Assembly: GCF_001194135.2 (NCBI RefSeq)
Contig: NC_069005.1
Coordinates: forward strand, 7,632,712-7,696,711
Reading direction: 5' to 3'
Origin: Octopus bimaculoides
Lineage: Eukaryota
Length of the DNA stretch: 64,000 bases
Positions within the stretch are counted from its first letter, which is position 1. Every line of letters starts with the position of its first letter. This document shows positions 24,667 through 38,050 of the stretch, one piece after another. The notes beneath the pieces were generated by a model that did not search any database, was not told the origin of the DNA, and worked only from the letters and a program-made list of their open reading frames with translations. A program made the translations under genes and the position numbers.

Positions 24667-26197
24667 TAGGATGATGCAAAATAACTTATCATTTTGAAAA
24701 CTTGAAGACACCCTCTAATTTTATTTAATTTAGTGCAAAAACACAACATGCAAAATTTCAGCACAATTGCACACTTTTCAAAGGTTGCTACTATCCACTG
24801 AACATTTTGTACATTGTTGTTTTTCAGTTAGTATTTATGGTACATTTCTGTCTCCTTGCCATCTTCTACTGGCCCTGACATGCAACTGTTTAAGAGATTC
24901 AAAACAAAGTGGATGGAAATTGACAAGAACAATTACCAAACAGCAACAGATGACCCTAACATTGCAGAGAAAATCTCAGATGCTGAAGAAATCATTCAAT
25001 TTGCTCAAGCTCAGTTTGATGAACAGCAGCCTCATGATGGCTACAAGGAATTGCTCGAACTAACGCTCATTTTCCTCAGTAGTACTCTCAAGTCAGGAAT
25101 CAGCTTTAAAGCACCAGGGATGGCCAAACTAATTTACTGCATTAAAATTTGGATGTTTAAATCTCAGTTTAAACTAACTGGAATAAGGACTGAGAGTTGT
25201 TTGCTGCTTTTCAACTGCGATATATATCAGACTGTGGTACCTAGCATCCACACCCTCGTGTGCCGTCCCCACCATTCTGATTTGCATTTTATGCAAAGTC
25301 TGCAGCTCTACAAGCAAAAGGATGACAAAATTGCAAGTGTTGCACTCAATACGTTTTTGAGACATTTGTGGTACCTCTCTGAGGAGCTTGTGGCACTTAC
25401 ATTCTTTGATTCAGCTGTTTCGCATGAGACAAAAAAACAAAATGAAGCATGCTCTGCAAAAACCAGTTGACTGGAAACCGAGCAAACGAGCATCAATAAA
25501 TCCTGAACCAGCTGGGCAGAAGCGAACTTCAGGATTTCGTTACTGCCAACACAAAAAAAACTCTTTGAAATCCTGGAAGTGCCTTGCACTTTTCTTGAAA
25601 AAGATGCTGAAGAATGGAATGATGATGAAAGTTATGCAAATGCAAGAGATATTGCATATGGACTCAAAGTGGTAAACAACATTGCGGAAAAAGGTGTACG
25701 ACTGATGGAGGAATACAACAAACTGATAACCAGTGATGAAGAGCAGAAACAATACCTTCAAATTGTTAAAAGTTACGGGTCATCACTCACAAACAAAAAC
25801 AAGAAACCATTGCTCTTGCTTCACAAAACGCCAAAAATAAACTCAACTTACATAAGTGGTTATGATATGCCTATGGGGAAACTTCCACATGAAAAAGTTA
25901 ACGCGCTATATGCTGTACCTCACTTCATACTATAGCCTATAATCTCGTCATTTTTTTTCAAACTAGGTTAACTAGGTACATATCAAACCCATTCCGGCGA
26001 AAATATCAGCAAAGTAATATTTTTGAGCACAAACTGAGGTATATCTATTTTTAAAGCTCGGTAGCAAACCTCTAATTTTCTCTTTTTCAACCCCAAATTT
26101 CGCATACAATGCTTTCTTAGGAATATGAATAAAATAGGAGGGTATCTCCCTGAAAATTGTAAAAAGAATTTTTTGACTCCTTTTTTGCATCACCCTA
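24667..26197 (+). mobile_element. Internally deleted hAT-superfamily (hATm-like) DNA transposon with a degenerate transposase C-terminal region
   Basis: TIRs TAGGATGATGCAAAA / TTTTGCATCACCCTA in (TA)n flanks. Remnant motifs YKELLELTLIFL, FKAPG-MAKLIY, LRHLWYLSEELVAL and VVNNIAEKGV, broken by frameshifts. The subfamily assignment is from recall of TAGGGTG-type TIRs. Confidence 0.75.
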
Positions 26198-27029
26198 ATA
26201 TATATATATATATATATATATTTAATTAATTAATTCGATAATGGGATAAAAATCTTTTATAAGAATTTTATCAGGAAGCTAGTGTGTAAAAAATTCATAA
26301 GGGAAAAGGGATTCTTGGGAATTATATATATATATATATAAGCNNNNNNNNNNNNNNNNNNNNNNNNNNNNNNNNNNNNNNNNNNNNNNNNNNNNNNNNN
26401 NNNNNNNNNNNNNNNNNNNNNNNNNNNNNNNNNNNNNNNNNNNNNNNNNNNNNNNNNNNNNNNNNNNNNNNNNNNNNNNNNNNNNNNNNNNNNNNNNNNN
26501 NNNNNNNNNNNNNNNNNNNNNNNNNNNNNNNNNNNNNNNNNNNNNNNNNNNNNNNNNNNNNNNNNNNNNNNNNNNNNNNNNNNNNNNNNNNNNNNNNNNN
26601 NNNNNNNNNNNNNNNNNNNNNNNNNNNNNNNNNNNNNNNNNNNNNNNNNNNNNNNNNNNNNNNNNNNNNNNNNNNNNNNNNNNNNNNNNNNNNNNNNNNN
26701 NNNNNNNNNNNNNNNNNNNNNNNNNNNNNNNNNNNNNNNNNNNNNNNTATATATATATATATATATAATAAAAAGTGGCACAGAAGGATGACAGAAGAAC
26801 ATATAGAAAACAAGGAAAAACATGCAATGGATGTGAACAAACTCGTTTCCTCATCAGTTATTGATTAAAAATCATTGCAATTTTGTTGCCTGATCAGTAA
26901 TATTGCTCAGTTTGGTGGAATCAGCACCATAAGCTACATGAAAGACAAGCATGAAGAAGAAAGAATAAGACAAGTACAAAAAAATGATATCTCAATTGAA
27001 CAGAAAAAGGATAAGTCTTCAATGAAAGA

Positions 27030-27480
27030 TGCTTCAACATCAAATCAAGAACATTTGGCACTCTTGTCTGAGAGCTCATTTATGCTCAGTGTTCTTGTAG
27101 CTCACTCAGTGGAGAATATGCAAATGGTAGTGGACATTTTCTCAGATGCATGCACTGTATTTGGGCAAGGGGTCCAAATGAAGTTGTGGGTGTCACATCA
27201 GAGTTTTCATTCTTGAGAAATGTCTAAACAAACTCTAAGGGTCTCTCACTTCTGGCTCTTTGATGGCTGTTGACCCTGAGTTCATTCATCTTGTTACAGG
27301 TTTTGTCTTGCAGAGTGTTCCAACGTAAAACAACCTTCCTTACCAAGCAAGCTTAATAGGATTACCACCAGTTCATTTGCCGACAATCTGATCATACAAC
27401 AGCTTGTACTGGGCTACATGTTATCTGTAGCAAGTACTAAGAATGTCCTGACATCTATACATATATTTATGTATAGTTCA
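27030..27480 (+). pseudogene. RTE (BovB-like) LINE RT remnant
   Basis: Degenerate RELL.A....VAHSVENMQMVVDIFSDACTVFG region; boundaries approximate. Confidence 0.6.
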
Positions 27481-28859
27481 CAGATGAGATCCAGATATTG
27501 TCCATATAGAAGACACTGAGTAGTTCTCAAATGATACAAACCTAGACCCTAATGTTTTTATAGAGGATCATTCCACAAGGTAAAGAAAGGCTGTAAGAGG
27601 GATCAAGTTGAGCCCGTATAGAAGCAATTATACAATTTGCTTATCTGCATGATTGCTTGTATATATATGTATGTATATACATATGAGTATTTATGGTCAT
27701 ATTTTATACATTTGAGTGCATTGAGATAGTTCTGCAGCAGCAGGTCTCCTCACATCCAAATGTACTTGAATGTGTCATTACACAAATATATTTCATTTAA
27801 CATTGCTTTGTGTGACAAAAAGCATCCGGTACTCTTTGTGACATTGTTGGCATTAGGAAGAGCATCTAGCCATAGCAACCATGCCAAAGCTGACAATTGA
27901 AATTGGTGCAATCCTCTGTTGTGAAACCATTGTGCCCATGCTAGCAAGGAAATCGTGACGATTATGATGATACATATTGATCAATCAAACAGGCATCCTA
28001 TCGGTTACAATGGCGAGTGTTTCAGTTGATTTAATCAACAGAACAGACGTGCAAGTGGCTGAGCACACCACAGACACGCATACCCTTAACGTAGTTTTCA
28101 GAGATATTTAGTGTGACAAGGACGGTCCTTTGGAATACAAGTACTATTCGTTTTTGCCAGCTGAGTAGACTGCAACAACGTGAAATAAAGTATCTTGCTT
28201 ATGGACACCACACGCCGCCGGGTATCGAACTCGTGACCTTACGATCTTGAGCCGAATACCCTAACCACTAAGCCACGTGCCTTCATTATATCGATAGATA
28301 ATGTATATATGGGAGGATGTCAAGAAACTCGACTTCAAATAGCCGAACACTTAAAATGATGTATTCTGTGAATACACAGAATCCTTGAATTTTGAAATGT
28401 AGGAGGAGATTTCGTGGGAAACTGTTTTACAGCTTCGGGAGGATGTTTATTATAACCTATTCACTTTTGTTATGTTATGTTTGAAAGATAAAAATAAAAA
28501 GACAGAACGAGATACGGTGTTTATATTTGTAAAAAAAAAATCGTAATAGAAATGGATTACAGAGTTTGATATTAAAGACACAAGCGGAAACTGAAATAAT
28601 TAGGTTGAAGAAATATTTTTTAACAAATAAAACGATTGGATAACTAAATTTTTGGTTTTACGAAGCGAAAGAGTGCCCATAAAGGGAAATAAGCATGTGT
28701 CAATTAGTTTGTTGGTTTGTGTTTGTATTGAAAGTAAAGAAAAATATTTTTTTATAATCATGGAATTCAAAGGACGAAGTATTCGATAAATAAACCATTT
28801 AAGTCTGCATATGTTTTCGATATCGTATTCCTACTATGTACTTTATTATCTGGTTGCTA

Positions 28860-29057
28860 AAAGCGGCAAGCTAGCAGAGTCGTTTGGATGCCAGACAAAA
28901 TGCTTAGCATCAGTTTTCCGACTCTTTACGCTCCGAGTTCAAATATCGCCGAGGTCAAATATCGATAAAATAAAGTACCAGTCAAGTACTCGGGTCGATG
29001 TAATCGACTTACTACATTCCTAAAATTGCTGACCTTGTGCCAAAATTTGAAACCATT
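28860..29057 (+). mobile_element. Short tRNA-derived SINE, fourth family
   Basis: GGCAAGCTAGCAGAG...GAGTTCAAAT...CCTTGTGCCAAAATTTGAAACCA. Relatives at about 1045-1255, 6885-7087, 31730-31920(-) and 55610-55790(-). Confidence 0.7.
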
Positions 29058-29698
29058 ATTTGGTGACTAAATATGCTTGCCTACCTTTTCGTACTCTAAC
29101 GTACCTTAAAAGAAAAATGTTAGACTTTGTTTCTCAAATATATTCCCTTTTGAAACTATATATATACACGCAAGGATAATTTTTCTTATTTTCCCCTAAA
29201 GTAGTTACACTAAGTAAATATGTAATTTCTCTTTAAAACTTGCTTTTTTCTTTTCTTTCTAAAACTGTTATTCTTACCTTAGCAGAATAAGAAGGTATGA
29301 GAAACTCCCTTTAAAAACTGTAAATATGTGTTTTGAAGGCCGTTTTTATATTCCTCCCTAAAATATTTCGAAATTCGTTGTTCTGAATATTCGATTTTTT
29401 GAGCTTTCGATATTCTGATGTTTATGTAGTTTGAATTCGGCATTCTAACGTTCTGTCTTGAGTGTGTAATAGAACAAAAAGATAGAGTGCTCCAACTTTG
29501 CCATTATAGGCGCAGGCTGCCCAACCATGCAGTCTTGAGTTCAGTCTCACTGCGCAGCATCTTGGGCGAAGGCCTTCTATTATAGGTATTGGGCCAGGTT
29601 ACGACATATTTATCTAAAACAGAAAGAAAAATGCATAAAGGCGTGTAAATCATGGGAGGTCAGTAAAATGTTCCACTCTGGGAGATTCTTTATAGTTG

Positions 29699-29805
29699 CT
29701 ATGTAAACAGGTAGACTCCAGGAAGAGGAAGAAGATCAGTCCGTAGCATTAATATGATATAATTTGGTCCGTAAAAGAAAGTCATCACAGGGAAAAACCT
29801 TGTAA
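29699..29805 (-). other. Candidate second exon (FTRFFPVMTFFYGPNYIILMLRTDLLPLPGVYLFT*)
   Basis: Strong acceptor ctttttctctctttcag; the phase-1 join to the 30665 exon is open to a TAG at 29701-29699. Confidence 0.35.
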
Positions 29806-30004
29806 CTGAAAGAGAGAAAAAGGTGCGCGTATTATCTTTACACCTGTTTCAGGAATACTTAAGCAGTGCGGTTCTCTGCACACTACTGGATTAAAAATTT
29901 TTGTAGCAACCTATACCATCTTCGGAGGTGAAAAAGGGGGATTTAGCCACAAAATCGCCCTGAGCACTAATTGCATGCACCTATTATCTTACGTCATTTG
30001 ACCT

Positions 30005-30426
30005 TGTAGTGACATCTTATAGCAGACGACTGTTATATGTTCAATGTCCGGAGTTTTATCCACGCATGCGCAGGGACTAGTTCCGGAAGGAATACAGGAA
30101 GAGTCTCATGCGCATGCGTGGAGTTCGACACCCAGCTTTGGCGCCTTTTCTCAGTCTCTTCGTTGACTGATCTCCGTCGAGCCAAGACGTCCAACAGAGC
30201 TCTCTCACATGTCAGCACCAGAGCTTCACAAATAACCACGGAAATCTTTCAGGAGGCGTCTCAGTAGCCGAGGGCGACGAGCTACCGAATTCCCTCCAAG
30301 CGTGAACTGAATTCCACTGTAAATAAATATTGTTATGTTGTTCGGAATCTGCGTTCCGTTGTTTCTTCTAGAAATTTAATGTACGGAAGCGGTGTACACC
30401 TAATGGTGTATAACCACTTCCCTACA
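30005..30426 (+). mobile_element. Solo LTR (Gypsy/Ty3-type)
   Basis: TGTAG...CTACA termini, 4-bp TSD ACCT (30001-30004 and 30427-30430), AATAAA at 30322-30327. Confidence 0.8.
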
Positions 30427-30664
30427 ACCTCATTATTACCAACAAATTATGTGTATTATATATATATATATGTATAATTGTGTGTTCATATATATGTTGG
30501 TGGGTGCGTTTACATACTTTTCCAACCATGTAGTTTTGAGTTCAGTCCCATCAGTCCCACTGCGTGGCATCTTGGACAAGTGTCTTCTACTATAGCCCCT
30601 GTGACAAGCCCCAAACCCTTGCGATTTGATTTGGTAGACGGAAACTGAAAGAAGCCTTACTCAC

Positions 30665-30752
30665 AGAAATGTAACCACACGTGGACTATTGGCGATTTTC
30701 CTTTTCGTTCTTCTTTGGGTTTTCCCCGTTCTCCTTTCCGGCGAAGAGCCAT
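30665..30752 (-). other. Candidate first coding exon (MALRRKGERGKPKEERKGKSPIVHVWLHF)
   Basis: ATG in agcATGG context, consensus donor T|GTGAGT at 30664, CpG-containing unique sequence. An alternative in-frame ATG lies 36 nt upstream. Confidence 0.4.
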
Positions 30753-33700
30753 GCTCGAAACGTTAAAAGCTCTCCTTTCACCGAGCATCAAACTAATATC
30801 AAACTCGTGCACATCCACACATTCGTTTGTTTTTTTACCCCTCTTCGTTTTTTATTCATCTTTGAACTGTTTTTTCGTTGAATTGACAATATAATATATA
30901 TATTGATAATAATTATTCACATATATGTTCTTAACATATATAGGCAGGTTCAAATGAAAAATATGCTGGTTGTTGAAGTGTACATTATAGGAGAAAAACG
31001 GCAATGGGTTCAACACGTTCGGCTCATTAACGCACAGCATTCTGGGACACCGGTGTTTCATGTGTCACTATCCAGAAGTAGCCAGAACAGTTGTGTGTGT
31101 CTTTCTGTTTACTACACTGTAACTTAGCAGTTTGGCAAAAGAGATTGATAGTCTGAGTATCAGGCTTCGAAATAAGTATTAGGGTCGATTTATTCGACAA
31201 AGCCCTGCAAGGCAGTGACACAGCATGGCAGCTGTTCGAAAGATTGAAACAAGTAAACAACAAAAAATAGTAAATATTAAATATCATTGCGTCGGATTGT
31301 TGGAATTGTTAGAGCGTTGAACAAGTTGCATCGCGGTTTTCATTCATGTCCCCTCTACGTTTTGAGTTCAAATGCCGCTGATATCAGCTTTTCATTATTA
31401 CAGCGTCAATAATCCCGACTATACCACCCTCCCCCAATTATAGCCATGTACCTATATACGACTTAAAACATGCAGTTTATCTTAAGTCAAGTACAGCTGC
31501 ACTCGATTTAATCTACTTTCTAACCTTGTACCTCTGCTAGAAATTATTATTAATGATCCTGTGTTATATATTGTATTTAAGTGAGCCTTCTCGATTCCGT
31601 ATTATTTAATACAGAGTAACTATACACTCTTCTCGACTCCTACAACTTTAGTGACAGCACAGTAGAGAGGCAAAGTCGACCTCAGAGGAATCTGAACTCT
31701 AAAATAATTGTTTCTACTATAGGTACAAGGCCTGAAATTTTGGAGGAGGGGCAATCGATTATATCGACCTCAGTTCTTGACAGGTCCTTAGTTCATCAAC
31801 CCCGAAAGAACGAAAGGAAAAGACAACTTCGAAATAATTTGAACTAAGAGCGTAAAATGCCAGAAATGTCGCTGAGCTTTTTGTACAACATACTAAGATT
31901 CTGCCAGCTTGTCGCCTTGTTGATTTAATAATTCATAATATTTTAGACAACAACAACAAAAAAATCTCATTAATTCAGCCAATTGAAGTTTTTCTGTGAT
32001 TTTCTTCCTGGATTCAATCCATTTTCCATGTCGCCAATGATTGGCGTTGCAGATATCTCACAACTGATGTCGTATAGGCAGCTCCAATCGAGCAGTTAGT
32101 TTATTCTATGATCAAAGACGTTCCAACCGTGACCATACTATATTTATATTGTGAAATAATAGTCCCTGAGCAATACATGCATCATCCAATGTATCCTTTC
32201 TCACCACCGCCACTTTTTTGTTGCATTGAAAAACCGTTGCGTGAGAGTTAAAGAACATTTGGCTGCTATTTCTAGCAGATCAAACGAACTATGTAGCAGT
32301 TCCCTTGATGATGTTAATTTGGTGCAGTAATTAGATACATGGTGGTAGTGGCTGGATCTCGTTCAGAGCCAACATAAGACTAAACAGCTACTATGGCGAA
32401 GATGATGTTGATGATGATGACATTAATTAAGGGAAAATAATTGACAAATATGACGGCAGGCGAGAGTTTGGATCATACCGACGAACTGATATTAACTAAA
32501 CCACTATCGCTGACAACCAATTGCCCCATTTAGTGTGTATGTGTATGTATACACACAGGTCAATGTGTATGTGTGTGTGTGTTTAGATTATATGAGTCAT
32601 AATTCGGAATTTGGTGTTTCGATCCTCCGAGTAGTGACACGCACGGATTTTAACGATTCATTGCTATCAACCTCTCCAGTACTAAATATTCCGCGTTTTG
32701 CCAAATTGAATTTCTTGAATTTCTCTGTGAAATTGCTAATCTTTTATACACACATATGTATATACATACAATATATATATATATATATAGGTGACGCAAT
32801 AAGGAAATTCTCAGCCCATTATATATGAATGTTTGTATGTGTATACACATGTATATATTCACATACAATTACATAGTATATGATGTGTGTGTATATATAT
32901 GATGTTTGTGTATATTATATATATATGTGTGTGTGTATGTATAAATAGTATATATATATACATATGTATATGTGAGTGTGTGTGTATATATATAATATGT
33001 ATAGGGGCAGAGAGGGAGGAGGGTATTTCCAGCGTGTTCAAATACTGGGAAAGACAACCATTATGCTACTTATAGCTATCTATAAATCACTTTCATTTCA
33101 TCAAAACTCACCATAAATTCCCTGCAACTCCGTTGTTTTCTATAATTGCGTTTCCATAGTGTGTGTGTGTGTGTAATGTGAGTATGTTTACTGCTGTGTG
33201 TCTAGTGTGTTTGTGTGTCTATGTGTACTGGTGTGTGTGTGTGTGTGTTTGGAGATATCTGTACTGCAGTATGTGTACGTGTGCGCCTTTGTCTGTCTGT
33301 CTGTATGTATGTATATATGCGCGCGGTTATACTTATTTTCGCGCAAAATTTTTGAAGATGGGCACTTTTACTCCATATCCACGTTTTACATTAAAAAAAA
33401 CTTGTTCCTTCTTTCCAGATATTGTCGTTTACTATTTTAAGGTTTTATTTCCATAGCCAATTGTTCAAATCCACCTGACAGTGTTTTTGTTTGTTTATTT
33501 TTTGCCACTAACAACACGCTCCATGTTTCCATCTCCGTTTCCCCATCAGAACCTCTTGTCTTTTATAATAAAAATACACTCAGTTACTGAGGTCCCGATT
33601 AACAAAAATTAAACACAAGGCCCAAATACATACATACATACGCACGTACATTATATATATAATATATTATGTTGCCTTTAATTTATGTTAGTGAAAATAG

Positions 33701-36317
33701 GAAAATATTTTTATTATTAATAGTCGAATTTTTGTTAATGACCTACTTGCAGTTCTAATCTCTCTCACACACACACCACGCGCGCGTGTATACATACACA
33801 TCAACCGGGAGCTAACGAAGGAGCCGCTATACATGGTTATTCGACATTCTAGAAATAGCAGCCAAATCACGCCCTACCGTCTTTAAAAAAGCACGCGTTG
33901 GGCAGTATGGCCTTGAGTTCCTTTGCACATAGAAAAAATACGTGATAGGTATAAGTGGGGTGCCTTTGATCAGTTTTCTAAATCAAGATTTAACTGAGTT
34001 TCCACGTGATCGTTCGTTTTGTTAAAAATAATTACTGAATCTAACCTCACATTACTGCTTACGTCTTAAATTAAATAAACAATAAGGTCACTGATAATAT
34101 TTTGACATACAATGTCCGAGAGAAGTCATGGCTAGAATGTCTTCCTTAGTAGGTATGTTTCGTTACAACTGACCCGGGGTTAAACAAGTAACCTAAACAT
34201 TGCTTTCTTTAGCAAATACACACGCACACGCACCCTCTCTATGTCCGTCCGGCCGCGTCTTTCCAACCTTCTCTTTTTCTCCGTCCGGTCGCGTTTCCAA
34301 CCCTCTGTGTGTGTGTGTATATATGTATATATATATATTGTCACATACTACAAAGACTCGCTCCGTTAATCAGTTGTACGATAACCAAATCTATAAATAA
34401 AACCTTTCGTCTTATATAAGGCAAAAAAAAAATAGATAGACAGTCTGCTTAAAAATTGGGATAGTCGCTGAATGTTTTTGATCATAGATCTGTTTGATCA
34501 AAGTTGACTGCTATCCTTAGTAGGTCAAGCGACCATAGAGACGACATCTTGGTGTGACAATCTTGCAATGACCTCTCTTCATGGGTGACCTTACACAAAC
34601 GATCCAGCAAGGGAACCTCTGTACAGTCGCTCGATCTCCTAGAAATAGCAGTGAAATTTTTCTCGTAATACCCCTACTGTTTTAAAGGACACTTTCGATA
34701 ATTACTGTCCCATGGACACGAGAAAAAAACGAGCTAGTTACAGCTGGAACGATTATACGACTGTTACGGGACGACCTTGAAATAAAGCAACAGCCTTGCA
34801 CAAAACGATGTCCTAAAAGCTAAGCTTCCTCTTGCAAAGTTTAAGCGTAACGACCCACAATAGAGTACTCTTCACGTAGCCGGGAGATCCCTAAACGACA
34901 AAACGTTGCCAAATTAGTGTTAACATATCGTAGGTCGTGTGACATATTTGATTTAATTATGTTTCTAGGTCAACTAGAAGCCTAGATAGCGTTTGTTGTG
35001 TATTTTGTGGCAGCCATTTTGAATTTCGGCATTTCAAAATGGCTGCCATTTAGGTAGTTATGCCAATGTCGACATTAATTTTAGGAATCTCCATGCTCTG
35101 ATTAATTTTCAAAACTATTGTTTCTTTAATCTGTAAAATTTTGCATTGTAAAACATAGAGAATATATGACTACTTTGCTGACCATTTCCAAATAATGTAT
35201 GCGAGTAAGTGTAGACCAGTTTCACAAAAGATTTCAATACGTATTAATTTTTCAATTATTATGAAGTTTCTTTCAATGAAGGCAATTGACTTAGAATATT
35301 CACAGCATCTTAGCAAAGGTAGAAAAACAAAGAGATTGAATTTTTCTCTCATAAAAAATAGTCATTCTAATTCACATGTTACTATGGTATTTAATGCTAA
35401 TTAAAAATGGCTAATTAAATAGCTAATTACAAATGCCATTCTGCAGATCAGCAAGAACTCCTCGCTGACGCTTCTGTATGGTTCTTTAGCCTGCTAGAAA
35501 GAACAGCTAATCCTCAACTCATTTTACAAGGGACGATATGAATAATGTACTACAAGGTTTTTTGCACATAGGAAAAAGGTGGGAAGGTCATGATTAGAAT
35601 AACTTCGATCATCAGGCTTGACTTGGGGCTAAATGACAACCACAAGGTCACATCTGTAGTCTTGTTGTTGTTGTTTTACCAATACTACAACTGGTTCTAT
35701 TCTTTTGTATATCATTAATAATTTAGCCAGGTTTGTAAATTGTATGCCATGTCTTGCATTCGATGCATCTCAATGCTAATGAGAGAACCTCTTTGTAGTT
35801 GGCTAACATGCTAGAAATAGCAGCAAAATCTTCATCAAATCACACAACGTTGTCTTAAAACAAAAAAAACTTTGGGTATGATTCTCATTTCTCTGCACCC
35901 CTTCCCCCACTGAGAAATGATAGAACTTGTAATGTGGGTGACCAAAATACCTAAACTGAAAGCAGCACTATTCTAAAATTCACAGAATGTAACTTTAGAA
36001 GTGTTGATGGTCTTTCTTACTTTGTTTGTTCATGGTTTCACCTTGAATCTATTTATGATTTTGTTTTTATCACTCTATATCTCAATTGCTAACATACAGT
36101 AGAGAGGCCATGGAAAGTAAGAGTTGGGTGAAGGTATAGTTCTGCATATATGCAACTTTTTTTCATTTCTCCATGTCATCAACTCCTATCTAACAGTAAC
36201 AGCACCAAATGAGTGATGTATATCAAGGTCTCCCACGTTTCAAGGCTTGCTAGGTGTAGCTTCAATGTGCAGTCTACCACAGTACCTGTAGGCTACTCTG
36301 TGTGATTACCTGATCTG

Positions 36318-36372
36318 ATTTAGGGTTTAAGGTTAGGATTTAGGATTAAGGTTTAGGATTCATAGTTTAGGG
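36318..36372 (+). repeat. Degenerate TTAGGG-like interstitial tract
   Basis: TTTAGGGTTTAAGGTTAGGATTTAGGATTAAGGTTTAGG...TTTAGGG. Confidence 0.6.
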
Positions 36373-36506
36373 ACAGACTGTATGGTAAAATGTAAATGGC
36401 AAGGTTGAGTGCACGCTAAAGTGGTCCCACTTGTTATTCCTTTTCAAGGTAGCCTTCAGTTGGTCATTGAATCAGTTCAATTTGTAACCAGGCATTAACC
36501 ATGATG

Positions 36507-36681
36507 CAGTGTTCTGCAACTGGTATGTTGCGGCACACTGGTGTGCCATGAGACGATTCTAGGCGTGCCACAGTGTAACCTAAATATAATTTCTATCCTT
36601 ATATTTTTAGCTCAGGTATGCAACCGAATTTTGGAAAGAATACAAGTGTACCGCAAGTGAAAAAAAGGTTGCAGAGCATTG
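36507..36681. mobile_element. hAT-Charlie-type MITE
   Basis: CAGTGTTCTGCAAC...GGTTGCAGAGCATTG ends, internal GCGGCACACTGGTGTGCC, imperfect 8-bp TSD CCATGATG/CCATAGTG. Confidence 0.65.
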
Positions 36682-37734
36682 CCATAGTGTATGTTGCTGT
36701 TGTGACAGTTAAAGGAGCAACAAGAATCAAACATGAAATATTGGGTGTGTTTTTACACTTGTCTTGGGTTGATCCAAGGATTCTAGTTGATCTTCAGTGA
36801 AAATTAGCTGAAAGAAGCTCTTTGGGTTGATTGTACTTGTAATTTACTGATTCAGTTTCATTACTCTGTGAAATGCCCAACCACGTGATTGTGTGGTGAG
36901 AAACTTGCTCCCTAACCACATGGTTGTGGGTTTAGTTCTAATACATGGCATCTTGTGTTGGTTTGTTTATGTCCATGTCACTTAACAGCTCAGTAAAAGA
37001 GGCAGATACAATAAGTACCAAGCTTTGAAAAGTAGGTATTGGGATTGATTCATTTGACCAAAGCCCTTCACGGCTGTTCCCCAGTAAGGCTACAGTTTAA
37101 TGACAAACAAGCAAAAGATAAAACATATATATATATATATATATATATGCATGATGGGCTTCTTTCAATTTCCATCTACTAAATAGACTCACAGAGGAGG
37201 TGTGTGACTTAGTGGTTAGGGTGGTGGACTCATGATTGTAAGATTGTGGCTTTGATTCCTGGACCAGGCGGTACGTTGTGTTCTTGAGTAAAACATTTCA
37301 TTTCATGTTGCTTCAGTCCACTTAGCAGGCAAAAATGAGTGATCCTGCGACAGATGAGTGTCCTGTCTAGGTGCGGAATATGTATACCACTGAAACCAGG
37401 AAACCAACCCTTATGAGCCTGGCATGGCTCTAGAAGGAAACATTTATTTTATTATTGAAATTTGAGTCACAAGGCTGTCTTAGGTTTATGGTAGAAGACA
37501 CTTGCCTCAGTTTTTCCATGTTTGTTTTTGCTACCATACAGTACCATACCTCATTGAATCTTAATTTTCACTTGTAAAAGAGAATAATTTTAGTGAAATA
37601 ATGATACCTGAAACATTTTCCTTCGTCTTTGAATATTTCCTACAACACCTCCATATTCCACAGGGGTACGTTTTACTGCTGTGTTGCAGACAAGGTCTTT
37701 CTTTTCTGTCAAGGGTCCACCTACATCACTTATG

Positions 37735-38050
37735 CAACCTTAGTTTCCATTGGGTGCATCGCATGTAATACCTTTCGTTCTCATTTTTTGCATATTGAGC
37801 ATGGCCAATTCCAGTGTGATAGAATTCTGTCTTCCCTCTTGACTAAGATTTTTGCCTTTTGCTTGATTACTTTGAGGTTTTTTGATTCTAGATTTTGATT
37901 TCTTGTTTGGAATTTCCATCACAAAATATTTGAGGGCCAGGTCATTGACAGGAGGGGCTTGCATGGCTGTCACACCTAGTTTTCTTAGCAACCACCAAAC
38001 TATATGGATCCCTAAGAAAGGCCTTTTCTTTGTGAATGTGAAGAATAGTG
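37735..38050 (-). pseudogene. Possible piggyBac (PGBD-like) transposase C-terminal remnant
   Basis: Degenerate IVWWLL..LGVTAMQ, then GIGHAQY...RYYMRCTQWKLRLHK*C, resembling the Cys-rich tail. Weak similarity judged by eye. Confidence 0.35.
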
